Assembly (NCBI GenBank): GCA_973895155.1
Contig: OZ316892.1
Coordinates: 28,774,932-28,838,931, forward strand
Origin: Marsupella aquatica
Taxonomy: Eukaryota > Plantae > Marchantiophyta
Length of the DNA: 64,000 nt
Reading direction: 5' to 3'
In this document: positions 37,488-50,682 of the stretch, in pieces
How positions within the stretch are numbered: position 1 is the stretch's first letter
How the letters are laid out: each line of letters begins with the position of its first letter
Translations under genes and position numbers: made by a program
The notes under the pieces: model-generated
Database searches by the model: none
The model's input: the letters and a program-made list of their open reading frames with translations, nothing else
Told to the model about the DNA's origin: nothing

Positions 37488-39146
37488 TCTTTAGTTTCTG
37501 TCTGGACTTTTGGTCAGCTTGTCACCGAACATTCGCTGATATGCCGCGACTAACTTTATCTTTTTTGAATTGTGAACATTGCTTATTTGAGCTTGTTGAC
37601 TTCGAATGATAGAAAATATATTTTTGAGTTAAAGTGGGTGTGTAGGACTTTGTTGCATGTCCTAGGAGGCTGAAGAGTATTGATCGCCCAATTTCTCAGT
37701 TTACTGTGAAGGTACAAGATTCTAGAAAGTAGTATGAGATAAAAAGGTCCTTCAGCTCTAGCTGAGGCATCCCCCTCCAAGCTCCGAGCGTGAGTTTTTC
37801 ACATATTGACAGATCTAAAGAGCAAGAATTTGGTAGGGTTCACCGCATTAAGGTTGAGCTTCTTTAATCGATTGTGTTACGGCCGATTATGTGCGAATGT
37901 GAATATATTGCCCAGATAGGTTTAGCTTCTAGGAAACTGATGCAGCTGAGATGTCCCGCACATTGGAGACGGAATTTTAGATCTAGAATTCTGTAATGGC
38001 AGAAACGTATTGAAAATTCTTCGTTAATGAGGGATAGGAAGCTGACGCATGAAACAATCAGCATTGGTACAATCACGTACAATCAATAGCATACAAGTTG
38101 AGACAACTTGCTTCCTAAATCAAGTAAGCTCTTCCAGTGTGACGAAAACTGGGTGCTTCTCTACTCTTTGCAAAGCGGCTGTGACATTGGACGAAATTTT
38201 ATTGAGATTCAACTAAGGATGCAGATTCCTTGTGGATACTTACGACTCTATCTCCCCAATGGACTCTTTGGTTTCCAGGGCTTCTCTCTATTCTGAAGAG
38301 GTAAACCGCGGAATTCGAAAACGAATAGACAGCTTCTGATTGTGCTGGATTTGGGAGTAGAGATTCTGGGATTGAAATGAAAATAGTTGAATGTTTCTTA
38401 CCTGGCTCCGATCGTGGGAGCGCCGGAAATTCGTCACCATTACACAACCGTGCTGACTGCTGAGTGTATCCAGGGATACTTGGGTCTATCGGATATGCAG
38501 CTCTACAGGGAGTCCAATCAGGTCAATGAGTTGTCTCCACTTGTTTGGAACTGTTCGGAGCCAATTTTAACTATCTTAATAGCTTCTCTTCTTAATTTGA
38601 ATAGGCTGAGAGTTGTATTAGATGCAATTGAACATTCGTCTATCGTTAACAGAAGAAGCAAGAGGTTGACTGTTTAATAGAATCAATCATTCAATCAAAG
38701 CAACCTGCTAGACCAGTGGAGTGAAATCGAATCCGGATTCAGGGAGAAACTCGTAAGCAAACTGAAAGCCTGTCTGACCAACTTTGTCCGCCCTACTCGT
38801 CATCATTTTCTTCCTAAATGCACTCCAGTCCTTCCTCAATTCGTTTGCCACTCCACTGGGTTCCCGGAAAGACATCTTGCTATCGGTAGGAAGAGGTGAG
38901 CAAAAGTGCTTCATTTCAAGGCAGCAAAACTTGGTTGTTCTAGCCAGTGGTAGAGTAGCTCGCTATGTACCGAATGGGTCCAAGGTTGTGCGTAGGTGAG
39001 CCTCGTGACTGTGGCCGCAACATGGGGTGGTTTCGTCTAGATACCCCATGTGCTTGGGCCCCAACTGGTGTGGGCCCTTCTAGATGACCTTCTCGCAGGT
39101 GAAGACTCCCTGTCTGCGAAGCCCAAGTTAGTGGAGGTAGCATTAA

Positions 39147-39492
39147 GGCATCTCAAAGGTCATGTTGTTGCTTCCAGGTCATGTTGTTGCTTCCAGTTGC
39201 AGTTAGCGACGGAATCCGGGGAAAAAAGTGGTGGACACAAAAATCAGTGTCCACACACTGCTGAACTGTGACTGAAACTGATACTTCTGGGCCTCGTTTT
39301 TTTTCCACCACCCCAAGGATTGAGATGCCCTATTAGGGTGAGAGTTGCGGGGGAAAAATACGACGCTCGGAATTATCAGTTTCGGTCACGGTTCAGCAGT
39401 GTGAGGATGTGAATTTTTGTGTCCGCCACATTTTTCCCGGGAATCCGTTGCTGACTGCAACCGGAGGCAGCAACGTGACATTTGAGATGCTC
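39147..39492. mobile_element. Tourist/PIF-Harbinger-like MITE plus inverted partial copy forming a ~150-bp foldback
   Basis: GGCATCTCAA (39147-39156) preceded by TTAA; TTGAGATGCC (39320-39329); TTTGAGATGCTC (39481-39492). 39147-39310 pairs with the reverse complement of 39345-39492. Confidence 0.7.
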
Positions 39493-39776
39493 AACCTTAA
39501 AGCGTCTCATAATTAACAATTGTGGCCATGTTTGGCTGACTGAGAATGAGACCGAGTGACCTGCAGCTGATTCTGCTCAGTTGGCCTTTCTGAACCGCGC
39601 ATTCTGATCCGGTACTTGCAATAAGCATGCAACTTTGCCTGCTTAACCACAACATTGCTGCTGTCTTTGGTGGTGAAGCTGGGGCAATTGCGACACAACT
39701 CAATTATAAGTACCCCTATTCTGCTTGTGCCTGACACTGGATGTGACCCTACTTTCAGTGGATGGTGGTTTGGGCC

Positions 39777-40058
39777 ACTTTTGTGGATTTTAATTTTGAG
39801 ACTCCCTATTTTCCAGGAAGCCAAGTTAGTGGCAGTAATTTATTTTTTGTTCTTCCCCGACACTTTTGTGGTTTTTTAATTTTGAGACTCCCTATTTTCC
39901 AGGAAGCCAAGTTAGTGGCAGTAATTTTTTTCTTGTTCTTAAACATGTGTCACCTTGACACTTTTGTGGTTTTTTAATTTTGAGACTCCCTGTTTTCCAG
40001 GAAGCCAAGTTAGTGGCAGTAATTTTTTTCTTGTTCTTAAACATGTGTCACCTTGACG
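39777..40058. repeat. tandem repeat, ~85-97-bp unit x3
   Basis: cttttgtgg...ttaattttgagactccct.ttttccaggaagccaagttagtggcagtaattt...ttgttctt repeated three times. Confidence 0.92.
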
Positions 40059-41722
40059 TAGTTCTTTTTTTCTTATTCTAAACGTTTGTGACATGGTGGC
40101 GACTACTTTACTTTCTGGTTATGGAATACTTTCTGTCAATTATATACTACTTTCTGATGATTGGACACTACTTTCTGGCTATTGCTTCAGAGGTGGCGAA
40201 AATGGAACAGGTTTTTAATTTTTTTAGCCTAGTATCATTCACTTCACTGTTTTTTAAGTAAGTGGTTACTGAATTTTCGCCCAAACAAATGGCCGGTGGC
40301 GGTAGCATTTTCCAGGAACCATAGATGTTTTACCCACAAGCATTTTGGTCTCCCGGTTGGTTAATCCTGAGTAGTGGTGGTAGTGTTCTCTGGGAAGTGT
40401 AGATTTATTACCCGCAACCCTGCCTAGAGCAATCTGGTCCCGTAAATCCTCCCGGTTGGTGAAGCCTGAGTTGGTGATGGTAGTATTTTCTGGGAACCAC
40501 AGATTTTTGACTGGCAACTCCACCCACAGCATTCCAGTCACATCAATGAAGCCCGAGTCAATATAGGATAATGACCGACTGGGCTGGGGTTACTAGCTTG
40601 TACCCTTGTGACCAGAAAATGAATAAAAGCTGAGCAGGGGTAGCTGGGATGCTTTTCCCAACCTGAAGGGAGCAGGCTTCAGGGTAGAACCCCTACCCAG
40701 ACCTCCTTTATATTACATAAATGTTGTCCGGAAAAAGGTTACCTATCACTAGTTTCCGGGCAAGAGGTTATGGCAATACCAAGTACCTCCATAAATGATT
40801 ACACACCCGTAGCTTATGTGTGAGACCACATTTACTTGCTATTGTAACATTTTCCGAGAACCACGGATCTTTGACCCGCAACCAAGGGCCAACTTGCATG
40901 TGGTGATCTCCAAAACATCAGCCCTCTAAGTGAACTCGTATCAGGTTTTTCCTGCAAAGAGACTTTCTTGCCTCACCCCACTCCTTAACCAATCCTTAAG
41001 GGAGAACTTCAGGAGTTTTGGCCCTTTCTGTCCTTGCCTTTGAATGTTTTATAAAATAAAGCTATATAGTCAAAACAACTTGCCTTCACTGTTTGTGTGC
41101 AGATTCTGCATCTCACTTTTTACTGACATCTGTGGGCTGGTAATGGCCTCTTTTCTGAGGACCCTTGCTCATGCAGGAGAGTCCTAATAAGTGCAGCATT
41201 TTGGTGTGGGCTGGTAAGGACCCCTTTTCTGAGGACTATTGAGGGTGTCCTAATAAGTGCAGCATTTTAGTCTCTATTTTGGTCCCCTAAAACTCCGCGG
41301 AATAGCTGCTTCGAGATCCCTATCTAGTAGGGGGCAACCGGGGCCAAGGAAACTGCCACCCTCATCACAACTAGCTCGGCCCCCTTCAGGCACATCGCGA
41401 CTTCGCTGGCCGATCGCGATTCGCAACTGTAACTGCGCTGAAAATCGCGACTGCTACAATATGTTCCATGAAGCAGTCGCGAAGTGCAATGCAGCTCCTT
41501 GTTACGGCATTTGCAGCAATATCAATTTCGGAATGTGGATTTCGTTCGTGCGATGTTGGCTTGGTGAGAATCCTAGTTGTGTTCAGTCTCAGTTGCTGGT
41601 GTTATCTGCTCTGTTGTCTCCTTGCCGGAGATCATTGGAGTCTTAGAAACATCTTGTTAGGTCTGAAGGAAATTTGTATCTCAGAACAATCATCTCTGTA
41701 AGCTCCCGGGGGGTCCCAATCC

Positions 41723-44166
41723 ATGGCAAAGAAGCGCAAGGCGCAAGATAAGTCCTCTGAGAAACAGCAGCTGGAGCCCATCTCCTCCTCTTCGGAATCT
41801 AAGGAAGAAGATGCGGAGGTCTCAACGTCAAGTAGCTCCGATCCGGGCAGTGATTCAGATTCAGAAGTGGAGGAGGACTCACCTTTGTCGTCGCCATCCC
41901 CTGACGTTGGCTTCCTTCTCTCACTCACTCCCAGCTATTTCCGTTCCTAAGAATTCTGCACTGCTTTTCTTGCAATAATTGGATTTTTGAATGTCATTAA
42001 GAATCAGGAGAACAACGTAAATCCGAACGGTGGGAATGTGGAAGGGCTGCACTAAACAGAGCCTCAACCATAAAAGTTTAAATCATTATCTGCATTACTG
42101 CTTCGGGAGAGTTCTGGAGAGCCTTTTGAGAGTCTCCAAATCAATATCTCCAAATATTACGTACACATTTTACCTGTTGAAAGTATAGAGTTTGCCACGT
42201 TTTATCTGCTATGCACGTTGGTAAGCTTCACACCAAATTTTGTCTCTTGAAAGTACAAACTTTGCCAGGTCCTATCTGTTATGCAAGTTGGAGCTTCCCA
42301 CCAAGTCTTGGTCTGCGGAAATGGGTTCCTTGACATCTGCTCTTTGTATTTGCAGGACATTATTGACGTCGATTTCGAGTTTTTCGACCCTAAGCCAGAT
42401 GATTTCCATGGGGCGAAAGCGTTGTTGCGGACTTATTTGGATGATGTCACCTGGGACATAAACGGCTTTGTGGAATTGTTCTTAGCTCAAATAACGGTCG
42501 GGAGTGTTGTTAAAACGTCAGAGGAGGAAAGCCCCATTGGTCTCATATCTGCTCTCAATTTGGCAAGATACCAGGTAACCGCTCTCTCATGAGCCAATGC
42601 TAAAAAGCTGAAGACAACGTGTTATTATACTCTGTCTTTCATTTTTGAGATCGAAGGTCTCATTTTGTTTTCGGAGTTTAAAAATATATATATGTGCCGA
42701 ACAAGTAAATATGTAGGTTACGTAAAGTAAACAGGCCAGACCCCTGAACTTGATTCATGTGTCTCAAATATCAGAAGGTTTACTACAACATGAAGAAACT
42801 ACCTACCGTCGACATTCATAAAGGTCTGAAACAAGGCCTGTGCATCTGTTCAGTGAACTCAGTTATGCTTTATCTGTTTTGTGTTGTTGGCAGGATAGTC
42901 CCTGTATGAAACATATCCAACAGTATATGGACAGTAAAGCTAGTGGAAAGCCGGAGGCCAAGCAACTCGAACGATTCTGGGCCAAGAAAGCAAATCAAGT
43001 AGGCTTATTAGTGAGCGAGCGCGTGATCAACATACCCATGGACCTAGTACCTCCTCTTTATGAGGGACTTTTTGAGGAGATATTATGGGCCACTGAGGAC
43101 GAGGTGCATACTCGGTCACTGGTGTCTTTTAGTCCTGTAAATGTAGTGGCCTTCATTTTTTCCAAATTCTGATTAATGAAGTGGTGGGCTCAGTGCAGCC
43201 AACAGAAGCGCTCCAGAATTCATTCAAGTTCAAGAACTACCTGGTTTTGACTAAAGTTTTTGAAGAGCTCCCCAAGACATCAAAATCACCAGGAATTGGT
43301 CAGGTAAAGGAAATACGCCTTGCAACACAAACCCAGATCTAGGATCTTCGATATCCCTTGCCTTTCCTACTCCATCGTTGTTTGGTTCCATTTTGAAATT
43401 AGGGCTAGGGTATTTAGTTTTCGGGGGAAAGAAGAAGCAGGTTCATAGTAAAGTATGTTCTTTTGGCCTGCTATAAATTTATCCGAAATGGGCCTAAGGT
43501 ATTAAAGACAGCATTCTAACATCGACACCTCTTTCTCAATCCTCGCAGCAGTTCGAAAACGGCAAAGCAAAGCGAGATCTCATTTTCATCAAACCAGAAG
43601 ATGAGATATTACTGAAGGTTTCAACTCTGCTTTCCCTTACTTATTTGGTTATGTATTCGCAGTATGGTTGTTGCTCTGAAATTTGACTTCTTGTTCTTGT
43701 TTTTCTCTGTGTCCATATATAAATAGATATATATCATACGTGTCGCATGGATTGTACCTGGTATGTAATCTATGATCGGAGAGAAGGGCGATGGAACTTG
43801 GAGTATATTTCTGGGCTGACCAGACAGATCTGATTAATCTCAGCAACTGTTTTAATCCAAACCATGGCTATGAAACTGCATCACTTCTTATACCTGTGTT
43901 TCTGACTGTGGTGCAGTTGAGTTCCTGGTCATTCACTTTTGCAGTCAAAGCAGAGTCTTCAGCTTCACATGAGGTTTGCAACAGCCACTTTGTAAAATTT
44001 GACCTCTTAGGATGCTCAAGTCATTGTCATCAGACTGCTTACAATGCTTGGCACGTTCATTTTTTGTCTGCAGACAAAGAACATGAGGCAGTTGCAGCTG
44101 GTCCTGGGCATTAAAGCAGAACAAATCCCCGTTTTCATGACTGAACTAAAGGATCTGGTAGAATGA
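41723..44166 (+). CDS. BCCIP: BCCIP homolog (Bcp1 / p21 C-terminal-binding protein), 7 exons, ~311 aa
   Basis: Exons 41723-41905, 42356-42574, 42894-43103, 43199-43303, 43549-43617 (NAGNAG acceptor), 43917-43973 and 44074-44166, all GT-AG and phase 0. Motifs VDFEFFDPKPDDFHG, VGSVVK, VGLLVSERVINIP...PPLY...WATEDEP, FIKPEDE. Confidence 0.92.
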
Positions 44167-47100
44167 TGCTAAGTGCCACACCCTGTCATGGGCAATTCCG
44201 ACCACGCTTCTCTTAAGTCGTTTTAAGGCTTTGCTGATTGCACCTGCCCACGGACAGTGATGCGGGGTTAGTCCGCAATTCTCTAGCCTTTGTGTAACCA
44301 CTTCCAGATCGTTACGCGGGAATGAAGTCAAGCGTCATATGACCGTCTGAAGCAGAGCAATAACTAATGGAGAACCATCAGATGGAGAAGTTTCTTTAGA
44401 CGGAATTCAGGCTGAAGCCTTTTGGCCTGCAATCGTAATAGTTCTGAATCAAAATGTTTGGTTCTCAGCGTTATCCTTGTTCTAACTGCTGGTCTATCAG
44501 TTACGCAAAGGCCAATCGCAAAATTGTCCTTGAAGAGGTGATACTTCGCCTCATTGGCAGCATGAAAGTTCTTATTTTGAGACCTTGCACAATTGTAAAC
44601 TCCTCAAACAAGCGGGTTATAGATGGCATTCCGCCGAAGTTTCTTGAAAGACTTAATGGCTTCCAAAACGAACACTCGGCTAGTGGATTCTTGACCCTGT
44701 CCTTGATAGGAATGAATTTTGTGAATAGGCAAAATAGATGCAGGTTTGTTATTAGGAACATTGTCGATTTTACCCTTTCAAGCGAAGGGAAACAGAAAAC
44801 AATTTGTAGGCATAAACGTTTTTTGGATATGGAAGCATGGTGGAATCAACAGAAGAAATGAAATGGATCTCTGGTATGGTACCATTTGACACCTTCATGG
44901 AGAATGGTAGAGGATGTTGTGGTGTGCTTAGTGGACCATCGTTCACTGTGGGATGTGTGATCTCTCAATGGTGTTCCCGCGGTGTCACTGAATTTGCAGT
45001 GCGTCTGGGGGCGAGTGTGATCGGGCACATGGGAGCCATTCCATGAACGAGCAGACAGATCCTCCAAAAAGTTGTGTCTGGTGGGTTACTAGCCCTAGAG
45101 TCTATCTTGCCTTAACTTTACAATCTAGAGTACCGTTTCTTAACAAGAGACATGAAAGAAATCAATAATGTCATAATCTGCCCTTTGTGCCTCACATGGT
45201 TACACTTTGCTGATAAATGAAGTCCAAATAGCTTCCATAATGCTGCCTACTGAAGAAATGTGGCTAGAGGGAAGACTCTTCTGTAATTCACGCTGGCACT
45301 CAAAGAAAAACAGTGTGTTATTTCCACACCTCTTAAAACAGTGTGTTATTTCCACAAAGGCCTGGGGATTTTGTCAGTGTTTTGGCATTTTCTCAATGTG
45401 GGCACATTTGTACCTGGGTGCGAGTATTGCAGTATTGCAACATGTGGAAGAGGCCCAAGGTCCAGGTTGGCTTTGGATCACTCTAATTTCAGCCCATCCC
45501 AACTCCAGTGGCCCTAAGACACTGCATGGAATATGGCCCTAAGACACTACAGTTGAAGGATGCAAAAAATTTGTCTCCCATCTTGTTGTGACTTCTGAAG
45601 TGCACCCAAAAGGGCCAGCAATTCTACCAGGCCTATCTAGCTTTCGCCCTTCTGCCACCAACATAGGAATACCTATAAATTTGCAGATCCTGGATCCCAT
45701 CCGAGCCTACCAAGGGAGCACTTTGACTCCTCGTCATCTATTTTTGAGGGCAAAAAAAAGCAAATCACTTACCTATGATACAGGCAGACTAATGATACTC
45801 AGGCCAAAATTTAAAAATGTTTCATTAGCCATCACCTAATGCATTATGGGAGAGTGTTAGCCAGGAAATATTCTACAATACTGAGAAAGTACAATAATTG
45901 AAATAAAATACTCCATAACCAAACTTGTGCTTGTCTATAAGGTAAAATAGTAGCCACTTTGGGCAATGCTTAAAAACCAACCAAATGGCTGCTCCTCTAT
46001 TAGTTACACTAGGCAGGTGGTGTGGTTGTTGGGCAGTTGGGTCATAGGACAACCAACCAGGCAACACAGTTGCAGTCCAGTCAAGTCAAATAGGGACTAG
46101 AAGTAATAATACTACAGGACCTACGCAGTACATACACAAGAGGAGTGGAGTCCCAATTGTAAGCGGTTTGGATCGTCACATGTGGAGAGATGACAGATTG
46201 ATCGATGCAAACGCGTTCGATCGGTCGGTCAGATCCGAGCGATCGTCGAGCGTGGAGATGGTGAGGTAGAAGCGACAGGTACAGGAAGGGGGCAGGCAGC
46301 AGAGAGAGAGAGAGAGGGGGACAGGGATGGAGGGAGGATACTGAGGAGGATACTGAGGAGAAGGAGGAGGGGTTCGATCCAGTCGATGCCATCATCGATC
46401 GATCTTCATCAATCAATCATGATCGAGAATCGGTCGATCGATCGATCATCGCTCCGATCTCCGATCTCCGATGGATCGACTCATTTATTTCCAGATCGGA
46501 GGATTGATCGATCTTGGACGGGACAGCTCATGCGAATGGAGGGCTGGATGAGTGGGCTGGGGAATAGAATCAGGAGCGCTTCGCTGATGTGTGGTTTCTC
46601 CTCTCTTTCTCTTTCTGTGTGTCTCTCTCGCGAGGCGTGTGTCTATCTCGTGAGGCGTGCTGGTGGGGTTTGGGAGAGAGGGGAGGGGGGATGGCGAGGG
46701 GGAGGGAGGAGCATGGGCAGAGGGACGAGGTGGCCAGGGTTTGCTGGATGGAGGTGCTGGGGTCGGCTGGTGGCGAGAGGTGGGGGGAGGGGGGAATGGA
46801 AGAACATAACGGAATTGATGGGAAGCATGAGCAGGAAGAGGGATCCAAGGGCTGTGCATGGCGAAGAGGCAACGGGAGATCTGGTTTGTGGGCAGGTAGT
46901 AGGAGGAGGAGGAGTGTCCTTGCGGGGCTGATGGGATGTGCTCACGATTCTGCTCCTCCTGCTGCTGCGTCTGCCGCCGCTGCATCTCTGGTGGTCAATT
47001 CGGTCGAGGGAGAGAGGAGTGGGAGGATTGAGCTCGTTGGTCCGCTCGATCGAGCCATGAGCTGTCGATCGTCATGGGCCAGCAGCAGCAGCCGCCAGCC

Positions 47101-47800
47101 AGCCACTTTTTTGTTACGCTCCTCCTCGCCCTCTGATCGAGATCATCATAATTACCGTCTTTCGATCACAGGGTCCCCTTCCCTCCGCTCTCTCTCGCCT
47201 CCTCTCTCATCTCACATTGGCACATTGTTGAATCGGTTTGAGATGATGCACCGTCGTCTCGAAGGAATACCTGTGTGACCTATTTGTTTCGAGCTGTGTT
47301 GGATATAACGGAACATTGTGTCGGCCCCGTCGTCTAATGTCCGATGGAGGGAGGGGAGGGAGAGAGAAATCAATAGGTTGATGACATATTGATCAAAATA
47401 TGACAGTGTGACCCAGTTCTCGAACTGTTGGAGATACCCGAGATTTGTGTCCGCTCTGTAGTCTGCTAATTTCGAAAAAGATATCGGCGCCTATTGATAA
47501 GCTCAATTGTGTGACCCGTTCTCTTGAGCTGCGGAGATAACTGAAAAGTGTCCCCTCTGGCTGACGATCTAGGGGAAGAATCGGAGACAGAGAGAGGGAG
47601 AGAGTTACGGATTGGGGATTGTCGTCGTCGTCGACGAAGAGGACTTACGTTCCACGCAGGAGACACTCGCACTACCTTGAGGTAGAGGTTTAGTCGTGGT
47701 TGTAGCAGTCCAAAGATAGCAGAGGGCTTTTCAAGAGGAGTTGCAAAGGAGGTGCAGAAGAGAGGGGGGAGAGTGAGAGGGAGGTGAGTGACCTATCAGG

Positions 47801-50103
47801 ATGCAGGCGAACAAGAGAACCAGATTCTCACCATCGAATTGCCCCCTACCTCTCCTGCCTAAGGCCGTTGCTGGTGCCGATCTTTCCCAAGAGCCAACGA
47901 GTTCAGCGGACGGAAGACGAGGGAAGAAGGACGAGAAGCGGCAGCAACTGCAGCTGCAAGGTGGTGTAGAGAGGGAGATGGAACCGTGTGAGGTGGCAAA
48001 CTCCCTTGACGAAGGAGAGGAGGCGGATTTGGAGGAGGAGGTGGACGGAGCGATGGAACCAGAGTATGGCTCGGGGAGCGCCGATGGGGGGGACGATCAG
48101 GAAGGCAGCCAACTTGAAGAGGAGGATGCCGATGCGGAGCATTTGAACTATCTCAACAATTTCGTGGCAGAGGTGATGGAGGACAAAAGATCACCGGACG
48201 GTGTGGAGGACGGGCTTGCAATTTTGAGAGGCACCGACGCCACCGCTGCAGAGCAGTTCTTCCAGTGGCTCATTCTCCCTCTATCGACGGCGAGGTTCCA
48301 CGATCAATTCTGGGAGAAGCGCCCCTTTCTCATCAGACGGCCTCGGAATCGGAACTTGTACGAGGGATGGTTTGAAAAAGAGGATATAGAGACGCTCTTT
48401 GAGAAGGAAACCTTGAACTATGGTGTCAATGTGGATGTGACGAAGTATAAGGATGGGGCCAGGGCTAATTTCTCCACCGAGAGTGCTGCCAAGGCGAGCC
48501 AGGTGTGGAAGAAATTTGCCAAGGGTTGGTCGGTGCGGGTCCTGCATCCGCAACGATGGAGCAATTCCTTGTTTTTGCTGCTCTCTGCTTTTGAGAGGTA
48601 CTGGGGGTGTCAGGCTGGGTGCAATGCTTACCTCACGCCAGCGAAGTCTCAGGGATTTAGCCCACATTATGATGACATTGAAGCATTTGTCCTGCAAACG
48701 GAAGGGAAGAAGAGGTGGCGGTGCTATGCCCCTCGAGGGTTTGATGACGTCCTTCCCCGGTTTTCCAGCCCTGATTTTTCTCAGGAGGAGATTGGTGAGC
48801 CGATCTTGGACGAGGTTCTTGAAGCTGGCGACCTCTTGTAAGCTCCTTCCTCCATACCAGTTTCCTTGAACGCTAATTTCCTCGGCATGCATTTCTTCCT
48901 GAGCAAAGCTCGTTAACCTTTTCTTTTCCACCTCTTTTGTTAGGGTCAAGGGGTCTTCTGACAATGTTCCCTCAGGCCCCCTTCCGTGTCCCTGAACTGC
49001 AAGTGTCTTTCGTTTAAGACATGAATGAAAACTCATATCTGTTGCTACAAGATATTCTAATCTAAATGGATCACTTGGTACAACTTCCCTTGGCCCTGCC
49101 AAATTCGAATCAAGGATGGGAAGTGCTCTTTGAAAGATACATGGTGGAGAGCACAGGCCTGTGCGTGCTTGAACATCCATGAGGTAGATGTGTGGAGTTC
49201 CTTTATCGGTTCTTTTCACATAACGTCTGCAGTCCATTTGTCCTCTGGGCAGAAATGTGACCAGCTGAGCGTTCATGCCAGGGTAGGAAAGGGGTTAGGA
49301 TTGGAAACGACGTTGGTCAAAATGGTTTGACGCGTCATTGCAAATCGAGAAATGGTCCCAGTTATCTAATATAGTTCATTTGGCTTATGTCGTTGCTTTT
49401 TGATTGCAGGTACATGCCAAAGGGCACAATACATCAAGCTGAAGCTACTTCGGACACCCATTCTCTTCACATAACAGTATCTGTGGGGCAGCGCAACACT
49501 TGGGCCGATTACTTGGAGCTGGCTATTCCGCGAGCTATAGAGCTTGCTTGGGAAGATCATTTAATTTTACGGGAGGCACTTCCGAAGGATTTTGCCAGCT
49601 ATATGGGAGTGGTTCATTCTGAAAAAGACGATCCTCGGAGAGCAGCATTTTTGGAGCGAGTGATTTTATGCATGGATCGATTGGTGAAAAGTGGCCCTTG
49701 GGATTCAGCTGTTGATCAGATGGCAGTAAAGTTTCTCCAAGCTAGACTACCCTTGCCACACGCTTCATCTACCAAGACCATGAGTGACCCACAAACAGTC
49801 ACGTTCAACTCCAGGGTGCGCCTAGTTGCCCCCAATGTGGCGAGGTTTGTTTTGGAGGACGAGTCAGTAGCATTGTATCATATGCTGAACAACTCAAGGA
49901 TTTCCCACAACGAGTTCAATGTTAACTCCGTGCCAGACTCCTCCCTACAATTCCCGCTGCAGTTCGCTCCAGCTCTGGAAGAGGTTGTACTTGCTTATCC
50001 TACCCCAGTGTTGGTATCCTCCCTACCTATTGAGACCAAAAGTTCCGCCCTGGAGCTTGTTACTCAACTGGTACAAGCTGGTGTCTTAGTTGTGGTTGAG
50101 TGA
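47801..50103 (+). CDS. NO66: JmjC ribosomal oxygenase / histidyl hydroxylase NO66 (RIOX1), 2 exons, ~576 aa
   Basis: Exons 47801-48837 and 49410-50103 (phase 2, GT-AG). FWEKRPFLIRR, GWSVRVLHPQ, GCNAYLTP...GFSPHYDDIEAFVLQTEGKKRW, LEAGDLLYMPKGTIHQA (HxD...H triad), SLHITVS...TWADYL. Confidence 0.93.
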
Positions 50104-50682
50104 GTAGGGAGACTCGTGTCCCGTCGTCAACTGACTAGTCCCTTTTAAGGAGTATATCAGATCTTCAGCCATTGGTTGAGGTGAAAAGACTGGGTGGGCC
50201 CTCGGTGGTCCCTCGGTCATTGTGAAGGACATCTGCCTATCGTCTTGCAATTCCAAGTCAATACTTAGCGATCGATTGGCTGCCAAACTCCTCGAGGGTA
50301 CCCTACTGTCAATGCAAAGGCTGACGATGGATTGTGTTGCGTATTTCATCTGAGCCTGATTCTATACCAGGACAGTGGATTCACGGCTCATATAGCCTGG
50401 GTTTTTTGGGAATATGTTTCCTCCTCTTTCCAGCTCGAAGTAATAGAAATAGCAGGAGCGGAAGGTAATGTGAATATGTACCAGAATGGGTTAGGACAGT
50501 GACGTCATAAGTTTTATCGTACATCATCCCCGTTCTTGCCATCATCGAACCTCCTTCAATGATTCCATTGGATTTTCCTGAGGAAGAGTTTATTTGAGAA
50601 GGGAAGCTAGACTCATGAGTAAAAGAAGTTCACATTTCATGCGGATGGATCCTTGCACTATCCTTTCGAATTATATACATTG

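Larger units (their letters stand above)
37500..46644 (+). repeat. segmental duplication copy B (contains intact BCCIP)
   Basis: Collinear with 28697-34424; the ~38280-41325 interval has no counterpart in copy A (29430-30237 there is different sequence). Confidence 0.85.

Noticed and set aside
46386-47278. Overlapping 166-229-aa ORFs as protein-coding genes
   Set aside because: Low-complexity G/A-rich DNA depleted of stop codons; no domain signal.
48281-49276. 331-aa minus-strand ORF
   Set aside because: Antisense to NO66 exon 1 and its intron; no motifs.
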